NCBI RefSeq assembly: GCF_000002865.3
Contig: NW_001865085.1
Location: 130,256-194,255 of the forward strand
Length of the DNA: 64,000 bases
From: Monosiga brevicollis MX1
Lineage: Eukaryota
Direction of reading: 5' to 3'
Within the stretch, counting starts at the first letter, position 1, and each line of letters begins with the position of its first letter. Below the pieces are notes generated by a model. The model searched no databases, was not told the origin of the DNA, and was given only the letters and a program-made list of their open reading frames with translations. Both the position numbers and the translations under genes were made by a program. Of the stretch, positions 60,728 to 64,000 are shown in pieces.

Positions 60728-63700
60728 ATGGGGCGCCAGAGTTGCAAGTCGCAGCAATGGGGCCGGTCCTTGGTGCTCATGGCCCTGGCCATGCTGCTGG
60801 CCGGGACGGGAGCACGGCCGACCATGCGCTTGGATGCCGTTGGGAACTTGCGCATCGACACCGGTCCGACCGAGACGGCTGCCAGCGTCTTGCTCAACGG
60901 CGTCGATGCCGTTGGGGCCCTGACCACCCTGCGGCGGGCGATTGCTAATCTGGGCGGCCACATCATCGAGCCTGCTCCCCTTATCAAGGAGCCTGTCGAG
61001 GCAGCCAAGGCTCGCTTTGCCCTGAATGAGTGTGGCCATCTCGTCCTCAACAGCAGCGCGGGCCGAGGCGTTCTGTTGAATGGGATGGACGTCCTGCACG
61101 AGCTGACGCTCCTCCAGCAAGCCACAGAGGCCCTAGCGTCGAGTGCTGCGATCGAGACGGCCTCCACGGCCTCAAGCGCCTCGGTGGCGCCTGTTTCCGC
61201 TTCCTGTTCTAAGCTGATGGATGCGAGGGCCGAAAATTCCATCACGGTCGACTCTGTGGGCAACGTTCATCTCAATTCGAGCGGGATGCAGGCCATATGG
61301 CTGAATGGGCTGGATTTTCTCAGCGCGCTGACCGAGCTGCAAGCCGCGGTCACCCGTCTGGAGCAAGCCACCACGGCGTCTCCGAGCACCTCACCGGTCC
61401 CCGTCCATGTCCATGTGGGCAACGTGGGCTGTGACCTGTCCGCAATCCCGCCCACCACTGCCACCATCCAGGGGAACCTGATGCTCGACCAATGCGGGGA
61501 CGCGTTCACGGGGGCCGGGATGATGGTCTTGAGCCACCTCCAGCGGGTTGAAGGGTCTGTATCCATTTCGGTGCGTCGAATTCGGCACCAACCCAACCTC
61601 TTGAATGCGACCATGATACACGATGCTGTCTGGGACGGTGCTTCACCCTGAGCCCCTCTTGTTCGACGCTAGGGCAATGCTGCTTTGACCCACGTGGATG
61701 GTCTGAGCAACCTCTATTACATCAGTGATAGCCTGACGATTGGCGTACGTGCTGTCGATGCCGTCCAACTGACGCAACCGTTCTTCTTGTGTTTCTGTGT
61801 TTCCGTGTTTATTTACTGACACTTTGATTTTTTTTTCTCCTTGGCAGAACAATGCTGCTTTGACCAGCGTGGATGGTTTGGGGCATCTGATCGACATCGG
61901 CGGCTCCTTGACAATTTCTGTATGCCGACACACACCTATTTTACAGCAAAGCGGCGTGCAAGGTCATGCCCGCATGTTCTCAACCACAATAATGGGTCTG
62001 TGTGACAGGAAAATATGCAGCTGACCGACATTGATGGCTTGAGTGGTCTCAAGTCTATTCCTGGCCATGTTTATCTCTCCGTACGTCAGACGCATCATTC
62101 CGAGCTTTGCAAGGAAAAAGCCGGGACGCTCTTTGGATGGGTATCACCCCTTCAATCATACTCACTCTGGTTTCAACGGTATTATTATCAATATCATTTT
62201 TATGTTTTTCGCAGAACAATGCCCAGCTCACCAATGTATATGGCTTGAACAATCTCCACAACATTAGCGGCAGCTTGCAGATTAACGTGTGTACCTTTGT
62301 GACGGTTTGCCCTGCCCCTGGGCACCATGGCGCTGTCACCCGTTCTTACTTCCTTCTTGGCATGTTTGATCCCTTTGTTCGCAGAACAATGACAACTTGT
62401 TGAACGTGGATGGCTTGAACAATCTCCACATCATTGGCGGCGGCCTGCAGATCAACGTGTGTACCTTTGTCGCGTTTTGATCTGCCCCTGGGCGCCATGG
62501 CTGTCACCACACGTTCTTACTTCCTTCTCTTTGCATGTTTGATCCCTTCGTTGGCAGAACAATGACAACTTGTTGAACGTGGATGGTCTGAGAAACCTCA
62601 GCGCCATTGGCAGCTTCTTGGCAATTTCGGTACGATTACAGCAAGTTTGCGTGCACTCAACCCCAAATGCATGATCGGCTTTTCTCAACCACCAATGGTC
62701 CACGGGACAGAGCAACATGTTACTCACCAACGTTGATGGGTTGAGCGGTCTTGGATCCATCCCGGGTTACCTTAATCTTTACGTACGGTACAGAGCCTGC
62801 CTTGCAACAAAGCAATCAAAGTGTCCTTTGGAAGAATGATTGTTCTTACAAGGCATATTTGCGTAGAACAATGCCGCCCTGTCCAACTTACGCGGTCTGA
62901 ACAGCATTTCCTCCATTGGCCTAGACCTGGCGATTTCTGTATGTGCTGGCAGCAACCTTGGTGGCGTTCTAATTTTGTCCTCACCCTGTAAAACGTTTTT
63001 CGGCAGGCCAATGCCGTTTTGAGCAACGTCGACGGGCTTGGCAGTGTTACGAGCACTGGTGGTCGCTTGTATCTCCAGGTACGTTGTTGAGGGTGTCTCA
63101 TGCTGATGTTGCAGGGTTGGGTCCTGTCCGTCACATTTGGTGTTTCACTGGCTTGATCAGACCAATGTTGCCCTGTCCAATGTTGACGGGCTTGGGAATA
63201 TCATCAGCGTTGGAGGTGACTTGATCGTGCGGGTATGTTTCTGTCCGAGCAAGCCGCGGGTCTAGCCCTCAACCCAATTGGGCTGGTGGTGCGCACTTCT
63301 GAGCGTCTCATGCGGAGGTACATTGCTGGCTGGTAAAGAACAATGTTGCGCTCACCAATGTGGATGGGCTTCGGAGTCTTATAAGCTTTGTTGGCGACTT
63401 GGTCATCTGGGTTTGTCGTCGTTTGCGAGCATGTCATGCCAATGTTTTGTCTGCGCGAGAGCAGTTCGCATTATTTGAAGGTGTACTTTCAAACGTCTTA
63501 TGTGATGCTCTACTGATCGGGGCAGGGTAACGTCGCCTTATCCAATGTGAATGGGCTCATGGGCCTCACAAACGTTGGTTACCTCTTCTTCCACGTACGT
63601 TGTCGCGTGCTGGCGCCATGGCGGTGCTGTGGACTGGTGGACGGAAAGCCGATCAGGATAATGACGTTCCTTCAGGCGTCTCATCGGTTCTTTCTGCTGA

Positions 63701-63957
63701 CCGGACAGAGCAACCACGCCCTGACCAACGTGTACGGGCTTTCGAACCTCCAAAGCGTCGGTGGCTATTTGTTGATTGATGTATGTTGCGCGAAGGCTTG
63801 GCGTGCTGATGTTACAGTGTTGAGTGATGATCGGCGCAACGGGTGAAAATGTATAATCGTCTTGTGCTTTTGCCGGCTGGTGCAGTACCATGCCAGCTTG
63901 ACCAATCTTGATGGGCTGGGAAGGCTCACAAGCGTTGGTGACTACTTGAGCATCAAT
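60728..63957 (+). CDS. Secreted Receptor-L/LRR-solenoid protein with 3 N-terminal trimer-like modules; 14+ repeat exons, continues past window end
   Basis: Exon 1 is 60728-61570. Phase-0 repeat exons start at 61673, 61848, 62009, 62215, 62385, 62558, 62711, 62867, 63007, 63161, 63339, 63526 (69 bp), 63709 and 63886. All are GT-AG bounded and free of stops. Confidence 0.9.
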
Positions 63958-64000
63958 GTACGTTCTGATCTGAGAGCAACGTCGATGATGTGAGGGCGTG

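Noticed and set aside
61673..63957. Regularly spaced repeats with unique spacers resembling a CRISPR array
   Set aside because: The repeats are 72-bp protein-coding exons varying at codon level, the spacers are GT-AG introns, and there are no cas genes.
57377..63957. EGFR/insulin-receptor-type tyrosine kinase call for the L-domain genes
   Set aside because: The two complete genes end in a short Cys cap with no TM or kinase domain. The third gene is truncated by the window, so its C-terminus is unknown.

Overview
Compact, intron-rich eukaryotic DNA with short GT-AG introns, (GT)n/(GA)n microsatellites and two N gaps. Gene content and style suggest a choanoflagellate such as Monosiga brevicollis; this is my inference, not a database match. 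The first ~39 kb holds conserved genes: an ARAP-type ArfGAP/RhoGAP/PH protein, ZMYND12-like, a MORN-repeat protein, SNAPC1, LYRM7/MZM1, CIN85/CD2AP-like, an ARSK-like sulfatase, a CAP protein, FANCM and cereblon. An RNF213-like RZ-finger gene follows at 39-43 kb. From ~43 kb the window becomes a mosaic of paralogous secreted and surface genes. The main finding is a ~40-aa module, D..G.L.[IL]N...(G)xV.[LF]NG.D[VIL]L..L..L followed by a short helix, present 8 times in 4 secreted proteins. It resembles the cubilin N-terminal trimerising region. It is fused either to a Kelch propeller or to Receptor-L/LRR-type solenoids built at one repeat per 72-bp (occasionally 69-bp) phase-0 exon, with visible recent exon+intron duplications. 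This looks like a modular, diversifying family of secreted recognition proteins. All homology calls come from recalled motifs; no searches were run.
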